A stretch of 64,000 bases of DNA from Candidatus Magasanikiibacteriota bacterium (GTDB lineage Bacteria > Patescibacteriota > Patescibacteriia > Magasanikbacterales > UBA922), in assembly GCA_041675185.1 (NCBI GenBank), contig JBAYUH010000001.1:10869-74868 (forward strand). The letters run 5' to 3'. The notes under the pieces were generated by a model. That model searched no databases, was not told the DNA's origin, and saw only the letters and a list, made by a program, of their open reading frames with translations. Shown here piece after piece: positions 1-9,691 of the stretch. Within the stretch, counting starts at the first letter, position 1. The number at the start of each line of letters is the position of its first letter. The position numbers were made by a program, and so were the translations under genes.

Positions 1-1171
1 GTCCAGTATCACCAGACAAAGAAGCTGCCAAAATAAGATTGGCATCGACATCTTCGGCAACTAATCTAGACAAACCACTGATAGTGTCATCAATTCTATT
101 TACTTTATCTTTTGGTTCATGAAAAAACAATTTAGTATATTTTGATTTTTCAGTTTCTTTGATAATTTTACTCATCATTGTCACAGTCTCCACAGGATAT
201 TTTCCACTAGCTGTTTCATTGGAAAGCATAACAGCATCGGTATGATCAGTTACAGCATTGGCAACGTCAGAAACTTCAGCTCTAGTCGGACGTGGATTGT
301 TTTGCATAGAATCAAGCATTTGTGTAGCAACAATCACTGGTTTGGCATGTTCTATAGCAGCATCAATTAATTTTTTCTGGACAATAGGTACTTCTTCGGC
401 TGGAATCTCTACACCCAAATCACCACGAGCAACCATAATACCATCAGCAACATCTAATATTTCTTTTATTCTTTTTACAGCTTCTGCTTTTTCTATCTTA
501 GCTATAAGACGTATTGGGTGATGTTCTGGTTTGTTTAATTCTTTTTCACACTTTGCAATTTCATAACGCAAATCAATAATATCATCTGGTCTCATCACAA
601 AAGACAAAGCTATCATATCCACTCCAGCTTCAACACCAAAACGTACATCTTGTTTATCTTTTTCAGTAAAAACAACCAAACCTGACAAATCAGTTTGGGG
701 AATATTGAGACCTTTGTGAGAAAACAAAACTCCTGGAACAATCACTGATGTAAAAATTTTATTTCCTTCTACTTTGACTACTTGTACTTGTATTTTGCCG
801 TCATCAAGCAAAATTATTTCTCCTTTTTTGACAAAATTATGCAACTGGTTATAACCCAAAGGAATACAATCTTTGTCTTCAATATTGGTAGAAAAAATAA
901 TTTCTGAATTCTCGTTTAATTTTATTCCCTCTTCAGGCAAAACACCCAAACGCATCTTTGGACCTTGCAAATCTTGCATAATAGCAATTGGTTCTCCAGT
1001 CTTTTCTTCTACTTTGCGAATGTTATCAATCAATAATTGGTGATTTTCATAAGTGCCGTGTGAAAAATTCAATCTAGCAACATTCATTCCTGCTTTGACC
1101 ATCTTTGTCAAAATTTCAATATTTTCACAAGAAGGTCCAATAGTACAGACAATTTTGGTTTGTTTTTCCAT
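1..1171 (-). CDS. pyk: Pyruvate kinase (N-terminal ~390 aa; the C-terminus continues beyond the window start)
   Basis: My own minus-strand translation from the ATG at 1169-1171 reads MEKQTKIVCTIGPSCENIEILTKMVKAGMNVARLNFSHG...MQDLQGPKMRLG...MVARGDLGVEIP...VATQMLDSM, which are canonical PK motifs. It is absent from the ORF track because the ORF is open at the window edge. Confidence 0.85.
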   Translation of the reverse strand, partial: MEKQTKIVCTIGPSCENIEILTKMVKAGMNVARLNFSHGTYENHQLLIDNIRKVEEKTGEPIAIMQDLQGPKMRLGVLPEEGIKLNENSEIIFSTNIEDKDCIPLGYNQLHNFVKKGEIILLDDGKIQVQVVKVEGNKIFTSVIVPGVLFSHKGLNIPQTDLSGLVVFTEKDKQDVRFGVEAGVDMIALSFVMRPDDIIDLRYEIAKCEKELNKPEHHPIRLIAKIEKAEAVKRIKEILDVADGIMVARGDLGVEIPAEEVPIVQKKLIDAAIEHAKPVIVATQMLDSMQNNPRPTRAEVSDVANAVTDHTDAVMLSNETASGKYPVETVTMMSKIIKETEKSKYTKLFFHEPKDKVNRIDDTISGLSRLVAEDVDANLILAASLSGDTG

Positions 1172-1367
1172 AAGATGGATTATTAGTTTATTGGTTTATT
1201 GGTTTATTAGTAGGATACTAAATACGAAATTACGAAAAACAATGTTCTCTATTTCGTATGTCCATATTTTTCGTATTTCGTATCCATTATACTCCAAAAG
1301 CCCACTATCTTCAAGCTATTTTTTTGGGCTGTTTTTTTGGCTTTGTACTGATAAAAAATACAAATAA

Positions 1368-4300
1368 CTAAAAAGGGAATATACTACTTGGGTACCAAGG
1401 TTTGGTAAAATATGTATCTATAAAATTATTTAGACTCATATTGTCAAAAGTAATACTAGCACTACTTGAATACACACCATAATTCAAAAAATGAAAATTG
1501 GTATTGTCAATATACAAACTTCCACCTGACAATTTTATTCCACCATCTATCCAAGTATTATATCTATTATAAGTACCACTCCAACCAAATTCAGAATCCC
1601 TAATATCCAAAACACCATTTACACTACAGATTCCAAACCCACTCGGTCTTTTTCCATTTAGAATATTCACATTATTCAAATTTAAATTAGAATTGATAGC
1701 CCAAACAGAAGCAAAATAATTCAAATATAAATAAGGATATTCACTTCTTGATTGATAACCAGCATTTCCAATATCAGTATAAGACAAATTGTTATTTTGG
1801 GAATTTTGAAACCAGACACCAGCACAACTACCATTTGGACAAATCCGAATATGATTATCAGCTGTACCAATAGCTTGCAAATTTCCTTCAACTTTGAGCC
1901 ACATAGAACTATTCAAATTGACGTCCACACCTGGCAAAATCGTCAACGTCGCTGTCGATGTCACAAAAATACCATCAAAAAATACATTATTGTAAGCTGA
2001 GGTCAAAGTATAATCTGCAGTAATATTTAACGCTGGCAAAACTGTAGAATTGACAGTATTATTCACAAAAACATTATTTTCCCAATTGTCCAAAATTACT
2101 CCTGTCAAAATCAAAGGTGAACGACCAGAAGCAGTAAAATTACTAAAAGTATTTCCAGCCAAACTAACATGCGAGCCTGTGCTTCCCATTAAAGCTGTGT
2201 AACCATTGTTGAAAATACTATTATTTACTTCCATATTACCACCCCAAACATAAGCATCATTATTATCAGCATAATCAGTCTTGATAAGCATATTGTCAAA
2301 ATTTGTATGATTCAAATAGACATTTCCTCCTTCATTACGAATCACTTGTTGGGCATAGCAGACGAAACAATCACCATTGCGATAAGTATAACCACCATAC
2401 CAAAAATTGCTATAATCAGCTTGCATAATTCCCCCACCTTTGACTATAATCACACTCCAATCTCCTGACGCAGGATTACCAGCAGAGAAACTACTTGGCA
2501 CACCAGACAAATACCAATCAGCCACAATCTTGTCACGAGCTGAAGTAAAATATACAGGATTATTTTCTGTACCATTTATTTGCAAATTTCCACTAACTTC
2601 TAGACGTGATTCCCTATAAAGTCCGACAACAACGACACCAGGCTCTAATATCAAAGTATAATTGGCTGGTAAAATAACTTTTTCATCCAAAATATATGGA
2701 TTATGATCTTTGGTTAAAGTCAAAACATGACTGTCTGTCGAAGTACTAGAAAAAATATATTCTTGTGATAATTTATTAGATAAATAATAATAACTATTAT
2801 TATCTAATCCTTGACTAGAATAATTTTGTCCACAACTAGAATTATAAAGCTGGAATCTTAGAGAATTGTTTTCTCGCCAGTTATTTGCTGAATTACCAGA
2901 TAAACTAACACTAATTCTTTCCATAGAACGAGCGTGAGTGAAACTTGGTGTAGCAAACCAACCAGCACTCTGATTTGTTTCATCAATAATTTTGCCACTA
3001 GCATTTTTCAAAATAATTTTGACACCTGTATCAGAAATATTTGAAACACCAAAAACTTTGTAAGCAGTACTGCTTACAAATCCAGACAAAGCAACAGTAC
3101 TAGAAGAATTAGCATTAGAAATTTCCAAACTCCAACCAGCTAAATTCAAATCTGTATTTTGAGAATTATATAATTCTATCCACTCACCACCACAATTTCC
3201 CTGATAAGTCGGAGCATAAGCTATTTCATTGATAACAACTTCTTTTGACCAATCTACCAAAATTGGATTGTCTTCGCCATCATTACTCCAAACTGATTCA
3301 TTGCCAACTTTATCCACAGCCTTCACACGAAATTCATAAGTATTAGCAATTGCTACTGGAAAATTTAATTGAGTACTAGTAGTATTTTCAAAAATATTTT
3401 GCCATTCGCTATCAGTACTAGTCGAAATCTTATAATCTACAATATAATAATCCAGACCACTTCCTGCATCACTACTTTGCCAAGTTAATTTTAACTGCGG
3501 ATTATTGTTGTCAGTATTCAAAACAGAATTGACAATTGGTTTGTCTGGAGCTGTAGAATCCAAAACAATTTGTAATGTTCCTGTCACTATTTTGGTATTT
3601 TCAGAATTAGAAAAAGATAATAACAAATTATTTTCTCCTTCTACCAATTTTATATCTGATGACCAAGCTGTACCAGAAGTAGAAATAATACTTGCTATAT
3701 TATTTATTGCCAAATTTGTCAGCTCTACACTTTTTGTACCAGTGATTATAGTAGTTGATGAATTTGTCCACCAAATAGTCGACGAAGGAATATCTACTGT
3801 AAAAAATAATTCTGGTTCAATTATTTTTTCAGTTGAAGAAGATGAAGTGTTTGTATTATTAGTATTATTTACAGAAGAACCACCACTAAAAAATGTTGGA
3901 ATATTATTGACAATATTTTCTACAATATTATTTACTTTATTTTTTACAATATCAACTATTTGTTTTACTGTTTCAAAAATATTCTGATTATTTTTTTCAT
4001 TTACAATAGGCAATACAACTTCCTCAACTTTCTTTTCTTTTACATTTAAACTCAAAGAAAAAATATCACTGCCAACATTTGTAAAATTAACACCACCTTG
4101 TCTGACAATAATTGCCTTGAAATTATAATCACCTACATCTTCTGGAGATTTTATCTTGAAAGAAAATGTGCCAGTCTGTCCAGAAGCAACATCACTGTCA
4201 ACTAAAGTCGGACGCAAATGTGTTTTCCAAGAATTATCATAAAACTTTTTGTTCTCTATTTCTCCACCAATGACATTTAGAGAAATAAAATTTTTCTGCC

Positions 4301-5165
4301 AAGTAGAGCTACCAGTATTTTTGGCTTTGACTACCACATCTATAATTTGATTAGGTACTACTTCCAAAGTTTGTTTTTTGTTAATAATATTAGCTGTATA
4401 AACTACATTATTATTTTCTACTTGTGGGATAACTTCTGTCTCACCTTTGACATCTTTACTTTCACTAATTAGATATTGTAAGTCAAAAATATTTTTTCCA
4501 AAATCAAAAAAATCTGAAAATAAAAAACTACTATTTTTTACATCTTTTTTTTCATTATGGCCTGGCGGATAAAAAATAATCGCTGCATTTTTTTGCAGCG
4601 ACCAAGCGTAAAGAAATTGTTGAAGTGGGTATGCTTTATTTTTGCCATTTGTTTTTCCAGGATCATTGGTGTAGACAGTATCGTTAGATATGCCGGTGAG
4701 GACCATGAAGTGCACAACGTCATAATCACCTTTTATACGCATATTTGTATAAACTTTAATAATAACAGGAAAATTATTACTTAAAGCTTTTTTTACTTCG
4801 TCTAATGAATTAACATTCTTTAAGTCTTTTTCATAAAAATTACTAAATTTAATAGCTAAATTTTCTAAATCATCTATATCTGTAACATTACCATTATAAT
4901 TATTAACTGGCATATTATAATTAACATACAACCAATCAACCACATCTTTAATACTCTGTACACTCAATTTTTTACCAGTATAAAATGAATCTATCATCAA
5001 ATACGAAGTAGGTCCACAATTTTTAGTAAAATTCCAACTAGTCCCTGGTGGAAATTGAGAAATAAAAGGTACATCTAAAATGTTTTCAGCCTTAGCAAAA
5101 CTAAAAAATGAAAAAGAAAATATTATTGTTAATAAATATAATATCCTTCTCATTTTTATATCCAT
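1368..5165 (-). CDS. Large secreted multidomain surface protein: signal peptide, C39-like cysteine peptidase domain (NCGPTS...H), Ig/FN3-like region, lamin-tail domain (INEIAYAPT...EWIELYN...AGW), right-handed beta-helix repeats
   Basis: 1265-aa ORF. N-terminal hydrophobic signal MRRILYLLTIIFSFSFFSFAKA. Domain motifs are recognised by eye. The C-terminal half is Asn/Gly/Thr-rich with periodic N-x-x-x-N-N repeats typical of pectate-lyase-like beta-helices. Confidence 0.6.
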   Translation of the reverse strand: MDIKMRRILYLLTIIFSFSFFSFAKAENILDVPFISQFPPGTSWNFTKNCGPTSYLMIDSFYTGKKLSVQSIKDVVDWLYVNYNMPVNNYNGNVTDIDDLENLAIKFSNFYEKDLKNVNSLDEVKKALSNNFPVIIKVYTNMRIKGDYDVVHFMVLTGISNDTVYTNDPGKTNGKNKAYPLQQFLYAWSLQKNAAIIFYPPGHNEKKDVKNSSFLFSDFFDFGKNIFDLQYLISESKDVKGETEVIPQVENNNVVYTANIINKKQTLEVVPNQIIDVVVKAKNTGSSTWQKNFISLNVIGGEIENKKFYDNSWKTHLRPTLVDSDVASGQTGTFSFKIKSPEDVGDYNFKAIIVRQGGVNFTNVGSDIFSLSLNVKEKKVEEVVLPIVNEKNNQNIFETVKQIVDIVKNKVNNIVENIVNNIPTFFSGGSSVNNTNNTNTSSSSTEKIIEPELFFTVDIPSSTIWWTNSSTTIITGTKSVELTNLAINNIASIISTSGTAWSSDIKLVEGENNLLLSFSNSENTKIVTGTLQIVLDSTAPDKPIVNSVLNTDNNNPQLKLTWQSSDAGSGLDYYIVDYKISTSTDSEWQNIFENTTSTQLNFPVAIANTYEFRVKAVDKVGNESVWSNDGEDNPILVDWSKEVVINEIAYAPTYQGNCGGEWIELYNSQNTDLNLAGWSLEISNANSSSTVALSGFVSSTAYKVFGVSNISDTGVKIILKNASGKIIDETNQSAGWFATPSFTHARSMERISVSLSGNSANNWRENNSLRFQLYNSSCGQNYSSQGLDNNSYYYLSNKLSQEYIFSSTSTDSHVLTLTKDHNPYILDEKVILPANYTLILEPGVVVVGLYRESRLEVSGNLQINGTENNPVYFTSARDKIVADWYLSGVPSSFSAGNPASGDWSVIIVKGGGIMQADYSNFWYGGYTYRNGDCFVCYAQQVIRNEGGNVYLNHTNFDNMLIKTDYADNNDAYVWGGNMEVNNSIFNNGYTALMGSTGSHVSLAGNTFSNFTASGRSPLILTGVILDNWENNVFVNNTVNSTVLPALNITADYTLTSAYNNVFFDGIFVTSTATLTILPGVDVNLNSSMWLKVEGNLQAIGTADNHIRICPNGSCAGVWFQNSQNNNLSYTDIGNAGYQSRSEYPYLYLNYFASVWAINSNLNLNNVNILNGKRPSGFGICSVNGVLDIRDSEFGWSGTYNRYNTWIDGGIKLSGGSLYIDNTNFHFLNYGVYSSSASITFDNMSLNNFIDTYFTKPWYPSSIFPF

Positions 5166-5170
5166 ATTTT

Positions 5171-5788
5171 TTAAAATGAAAAATTATTTAATGTTTCATT
5201 TATAAAATAATCATTTGCGTATTGAAAATATAAACTAAAAATTTTTCCATTTTTTTCTGTCACAAACTCTGGCCAACCAGATCCAACATAATCACCAACA
5301 TACATTATTTTTTTCCAGGTTATACTATTTTTAACCACACTATCTATAGAATATGATTTACAATCTAAATTTTCTTTACACGTGTTCTTAATATCTAAAT
5401 TGATATTATCCAAATTCCCAATTTTTGTAGACAAAACAACTCTATAATCAAAAAGATCTTTTTTTATGTTATTATTATCTGGATAACTACTGACAGCCAA
5501 ATTACTATCCGGAGTTTTTTCTATAACATAATTATTTTTAACTTCTACTTGGTACCCCTCTTTCTCATTCTTCACTAATCTATTACCATCTCCCAAATCC
5601 TCCACAGTCACACCATCTGGCAAATCAGTACTTACTTCACTGCTAGTACTAGTCACTGTTGTACTATTATCATCTTTCGGTGTATTCGCTATTGGTGAAC
5701 TTTTGTAAAAAAAATAGGCACCAAGAGCCAATAGAATTAAAAAAAATAATATATCTAACCAGAAAAGTTTTTTCTTATTTATTTCCAT
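5171..5788 (-). CDS. Hypothetical membrane-anchored protein (single N-terminal TM helix, extracytoplasmic Thr/Ser-rich stalk)
   Basis: 205-aa ORF with a TM segment LFWLDILFFLILLALGAYFFY. It sits 5 bp upstream of the 1265-aa gene on the same strand. Confidence 0.5.
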   Translation of the reverse strand: MEINKKKLFWLDILFFLILLALGAYFFYKSSPIANTPKDDNSTTVTSTSSEVSTDLPDGVTVEDLGDGNRLVKNEKEGYQVEVKNNYVIEKTPDSNLAVSSYPDNNNIKKDLFDYRVVLSTKIGNLDNINLDIKNTCKENLDCKSYSIDSVVKNSITWKKIMYVGDYVGSGWPEFVTEKNGKIFSLYFQYANDYFINETLNNFSF

Positions 5789-5896
5789 ATTTATTAGTTA
5801 ATAATAATTTTTTAAAAAATATTTCATACCACATACCATGTAACACATACCACGTAACAAAATTGATACGAGATACGTGCTATATGTTACGTGAGT

Positions 5897-6907
5897 TTAC
5901 AACTTCTTCTCCCAAGCAAGTGCTGTCTCACACATAATCTTCAAATCATCATACTTCGGTTTCCAATCCATTTCACTAATGATTTTATTGTTATTAGCAA
6001 TGACAATTGCTGGATCACCTTCACGTCTTTTGGTTATTTCTACTTTGAAATCATTACCACTCACTTTCTTCATCATATCAATTACCTCTCGCACAGAAAA
6101 ACCTTTACTATAACCACAGTTGAAAATTCCACCTTTATTTTTGTTTAGATAATACAAAGATTTGATATGAGCAGAGGCCAAATCATCGACATGAATATAA
6201 TCACGAATACAGGTACCATCTGGAGTATTATAATCTGTACCATTGATAAACATTTTTGTGCGTTTACCAAGTGTAGTTTCCAAAGCAATTTTGATTAAGT
6301 GGGTCGCATCTTTGGTAGATTGACCAAGCATACCATCTACGCTAGCACCAGCCACATTGAAATAACGCAAAATTACATACTTGAAATTTGTATTAGCAAA
6401 AGCTACATCTTGAATAATTTTTTCATTGAACAATTTACTAGAACCATAAGGGCTTATCGGAATAGTGATTCCGTCCTCTTTTAGAGGAACAGTCTTTGGA
6501 TCTGGATCACCGTAGACTGCAGCAGTTGAGCTAAAAATAAATTTGTTGACTTTGTATTTCAAACAAGCTTTGAGAAGGTTGATAGTGTTACTAGTATTAT
6601 TACTATAATATTTGAGAGGATCACGCATTGACTCAGACACCACAATACTCGCTGCAAAATGAATTACACCTTGGACATTTTCTTTGGCAAAAATTTCTTC
6701 CAATTTTTTACTATTAGACAAATCAATTTTGTAAAAACTTAATTTTACTTTTTTGTCATCAGCGTATTTTTTCAAAGTATTTACTGTTTTTTGGAAACCA
6801 GTAGAGAGATTGTCTACAATGACAATATCATTTTTCTTTTCAATAAGTTGTTTGACGACGTGACTACCGATGTAGCCAGCGCCACCTGTTACTAAGATTT
6901 TTGACAT
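5897..6907 (-). CDS. galE: UDP-glucose 4-epimerase
   Basis: MSKILVTGGAGYIGSH Rossmann start and the YGSSK (YxxxK) catalytic motif. Length of 336 aa is typical. Confidence 0.85.
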   Translation of the reverse strand: MSKILVTGGAGYIGSHVVKQLIEKKNDIVIVDNLSTGFQKTVNTLKKYADDKKVKLSFYKIDLSNSKKLEEIFAKENVQGVIHFAASIVVSESMRDPLKYYSNNTSNTINLLKACLKYKVNKFIFSSTAAVYGDPDPKTVPLKEDGITIPISPYGSSKLFNEKIIQDVAFANTNFKYVILRYFNVAGASVDGMLGQSTKDATHLIKIALETTLGKRTKMFINGTDYNTPDGTCIRDYIHVDDLASAHIKSLYYLNKNKGGIFNCGYSKGFSVREVIDMMKKVSGNDFKVEITKRREGDPAIVIANNNKIISEMDWKPKYDDLKIMCETALAWEKKL

Positions 6908-7037
6908 AATTTTTAATTTTAAATTTTGAATTTTAAAACAATTTTAAATGATTTAATTTCAAATGATGAGTCAGTATAATATTTTACGTAAAATAATTCT
7001 AGTTATTTATATAATTTAAAATTTTTAAATTCCAAAA

Positions 7038-7072
7038 TTGTTTTAAAATTTAAAATTCCTAAATTCAAAATT
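7038..7072 (+). repeat. Copy A of a conserved ~35-bp AT-rich intergenic motif (TTGTTTTAAAATTTAAAATTCCTAAATTCAAAATT)
   Basis: Near-identical copies occur at 39209-39243, 43636-43667 and 58185-58220, all in the same plus orientation. A related motif, AAATGA(T/C)TTAATT, is also nearby. Confidence 0.6.
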
Positions 7073-8437
7073 CTACCTACTTCCCACTGCAATCACTCTT
7101 AATCCAGCCTCTTTCAAATCATTATAGCGATGTTGTAGCATACGACGACCATCAGCAATAAGTGGTTTGTTTGAAAATTCAGAAATAATGACATCAGCCA
7201 AACCGCGAAACTGTGGCCAATCAGTAGCTATGATTATTATATCAGAATTTTTGATTGCTTCAAACTCATGATTGTGATATTTTACTTTTTCTGATTCGGG
7301 AAACAACTTTTTGAAATTGTCCATACCAGCTGGATCATAGATATTTATTTGCGCAAAATTTTTATCTGTCAAGTAATTCATAATCTCAATACTGGCTGAA
7401 TTACGAATATCATTGGTATCACGTTTGAAAGCAGTACCAAGTAAAGTAATTTTTTTACCACTAAAATTTTCTTGAGTTTCTATTCTAGTCAAAAAATTTT
7501 GCATCTGCCTTTTGTTGGAAAGATAAACTTCATCAACCAATACAGTATTTTGATTCTTTTGTTTGAGCTGATGAGAAAGAGATCTAGCGTCTTTGATAAA
7601 ACAACTTCCTCCAGCATAAAGACTATTGTACAATCCCCAACTACCAATACGCGGATCTGTCACCAGAGCATTACGTACATTTTCAAATTGCAAATCTGCA
7701 AAACTTTCACAAGTACGACCAACTACATCAAAACACACAGCAAGTTTGTTGAATAATATATAATTAGCAAGAAGTTTACTAGCTGCCGCTTCTTTGGGAT
7801 TGATTTCAATATATTTGGTTTGCGGTGAATTGTAAAAACGTTCATACACTTTGCGCATAATAGCAAAATCTTTTTCACTCCAAGCACCAACCACAACTCT
7901 ATCTGGTTTGATTGAACCTTGTATTGCTTTGCCTTCTACCAAAAATTCTGGATTAGAAACTACAGCAAAATTCTTGACACCGGCATTTCCCAAAATCTCA
8001 GCAGTCTTATCTACCATATCTATTGGCACAGTACTTTTGTTAATAATAACTACATACTTATTTTGTTCACTATTATTTCTTTTCGTTAAATTATCAGCCA
8101 ACTTTTCTGCAGCAAAATTATAATATTTCAAATCACTCTCCCCTGTTTCACCAATTTCTGGAGTTGGCAAACACATAAAAATCGCATCACAAGTATCCAA
8201 AAAATCTTTAACTAAATCATAATCCAAAGTAAATTTTATTCTTTCTTTGTTACGTATAAGCAAATCACTTAGTCCTTCTTCGAAAAGGCAAGCTTCAATC
8301 TGGTCGCGGTCGCCTGAAGACAACATGTTTATTTTCTTTTCATCAATATCATAAACCAAAACTTCGTGTCCGCTGGAAGCAGAAACAGCTGCTGAACATG
8401 TACCCACAAATCCAGCACCGATGTAGAGTAGTTTCAT
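7073..8437 (-). CDS. ugd: UDP-glucose/GDP-mannose 6-dehydrogenase family (nucleotide-sugar dehydrogenase)
   Basis: MKLLYIGAGFVGT Rossmann N-terminus and the catalytic GGSCFIKDA (GGxCFxKD) motif. The ORF-track start at 8485 adds 16 aa that read through a GGCCTACGAGGCC hairpin. The start at 8435-8437 is preferred. Confidence 0.8.
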   Translation of the reverse strand: MKLLYIGAGFVGTCSAAVSASSGHEVLVYDIDEKKINMLSSGDRDQIEACLFEEGLSDLLIRNKERIKFTLDYDLVKDFLDTCDAIFMCLPTPEIGETGESDLKYYNFAAEKLADNLTKRNNSEQNKYVVIINKSTVPIDMVDKTAEILGNAGVKNFAVVSNPEFLVEGKAIQGSIKPDRVVVGAWSEKDFAIMRKVYERFYNSPQTKYIEINPKEAAASKLLANYILFNKLAVCFDVVGRTCESFADLQFENVRNALVTDPRIGSWGLYNSLYAGGSCFIKDARSLSHQLKQKNQNTVLVDEVYLSNKRQMQNFLTRIETQENFSGKKITLLGTAFKRDTNDIRNSASIEIMNYLTDKNFAQINIYDPAGMDNFKKLFPESEKVKYHNHEFEAIKNSDIIIIATDWPQFRGLADVIISEFSNKPLIADGRRMLQHRYNDLKEAGLRVIAVGSR

Positions 8438-8599
8438 ATTAAAAGGCTTACAAGGCCTACGAGGCCAATTCATTAATAAATTCAAAATCCAAATTTCAAA
8501 TCAATTACAAATGACTTAATTCCAAAATTTTATATTTGATATTAGGATTTGATTCCACCCAAGGCGGACAAGTTGAAATTTGAGCTTTGTAATTTGTCA

Positions 8600-9691
8600 T
8601 TACGAATTTAATATATTTTGATATACTTCCTCCGTTTTCTTCAACATACTTTCCAAACTAAACTTACCCTCAACCAACACCATCCCATTCTTACCCAATT
8701 TCAATCTCAATTCAGGATTGTTTATCAATTCTAGCAAAGCTTGGCTTATTTTACCAGCGTTGTTTTCCACTAATCTCCCGACTGTATTATCCACTATTTC
8801 TCCCACTCCACCAACATTACTAGCTATCACAGGCAAACCAACTGACAAAGCCTCAAGAATAGTATAAGGAAATCCTTCCCAAGCAGAGATAAAAACAAAA
8901 ATATCATTTTTAGATAGTTCTTTCATTACTTCACCATGTTCTAAATTACCAGTAAAAAAAACATTTACTTTTTTTTCTTTAGCTAATTGTTCTAAATATT
9001 TTCTTTTTGGTCCGTCACCAACAATTGTAAATTGTATTTTATCTTGAATTTCTTTTTCAAAATTACTAATAACTTCAATAATCATCTCCGGCCTCTTCGG
9101 CTCAGCCAAACGCCCAACAAAAATTAAATTAACTTTTGAGCTAACTGTCGACTGTCGACTATCGACTGTCGACGTGATACCGTTGTATATAACAGTCATT
9201 TTTTCTTCACCAGCTAATTTATACTTTAATGCCAAATCCTTCACAAATTCAGAAACACAAATATATTTGTCTGTATATCCAGCATTTATTTTTTCAGTTA
9301 ACAAAACCAAAAATCTAACAAGAGGATTCATACCAATATTAAAACCCCAGCCATGGGCAGTATAGATTGTTTTGTATTTTCCTCTGATTGCCAAACGCGT
9401 TAGGAAAGCTGCGGAAGAACTATGGCAATGGACAATGTCTGGCTTAAATTTTTCTACAAAATTTTTTATTTCTTTTATAGCTTTTACAATCCTAACAGGA
9501 TTAGAGCTATTGGAAAAATATTTGTTTTCAAAATATTTTATATTATTTTTTTTACATTCATCTTTTAACCAACCATCACCACCAGCCATAACAACTACTT
9601 CGTTTTGTTTAGCAAAATAATTACAAAGATCTGACACATGAGTTTGTGCTCCGCCGGCTTCTGATTTAGTTATTAGATAAAGGATTTTCAT
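8600..9691 (-). CDS. Glycosyltransferase family 4 (GT-B, retaining)
   Basis: C-terminal EGFPYTILEALSVGLPVIAS (EX7E-type) motif. 363 aa. Confidence 0.8.
   Translation of the reverse strand: MKILYLITKSEAGGAQTHVSDLCNYFAKQNEVVVMAGGDGWLKDECKKNNIKYFENKYFSNSSNPVRIVKAIKEIKNFVEKFKPDIVHCHSSSAAFLTRLAIRGKYKTIYTAHGWGFNIGMNPLVRFLVLLTEKINAGYTDKYICVSEFVKDLALKYKLAGEEKMTVIYNGITSTVDSRQSTVSSKVNLIFVGRLAEPKRPEMIIEVISNFEKEIQDKIQFTIVGDGPKRKYLEQLAKEKKVNVFFTGNLEHGEVMKELSKNDIFVFISAWEGFPYTILEALSVGLPVIASNVGGVGEIVDNTVGRLVENNAGKISQALLELINNPELRLKLGKNGMVLVEGKFSLESMLKKTEEVYQNILNS
9145..9172. repeat. Tandem heptanucleotide repeat (CTGTCGA)x4 inside the GT4 coding sequence
   Basis: The sequence ctgtcga ctgtcga ctatcga ctgtcga is read directly from the window. 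It is locally GC-rich and encodes the linker STVDSRQSTVSS between the two GT-B domains. Confidence 0.7.

Noticed and set aside
258-521. 87-aa plus-strand ORF
   Set aside because: It lies antisense inside the pyruvate kinase coding region (minus strand, strongly supported), so it is a shadow ORF.
1752-4784. Plus- and minus-strand small ORFs inside the 1265-aa gene (1752-2000, 3505-3987, 4538-4729, 4557-4784)
   Set aside because: Antisense or out-of-frame shadows within a long, well-supported ORF. They are low-complexity translations.
7073-8485. Longer ugd start (MNLLMNWPRRPCKPFN...)
   Set aside because: The extension reads through a GC hairpin and precedes the canonical MKLLYIGAGFVG Rossmann start, so the start at 8437 is preferred. 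Equivalent reasoning applies to the sigma factor (41224 vs 41179) and the HTH gene (TTG at 41620 vs ATG at 41671).
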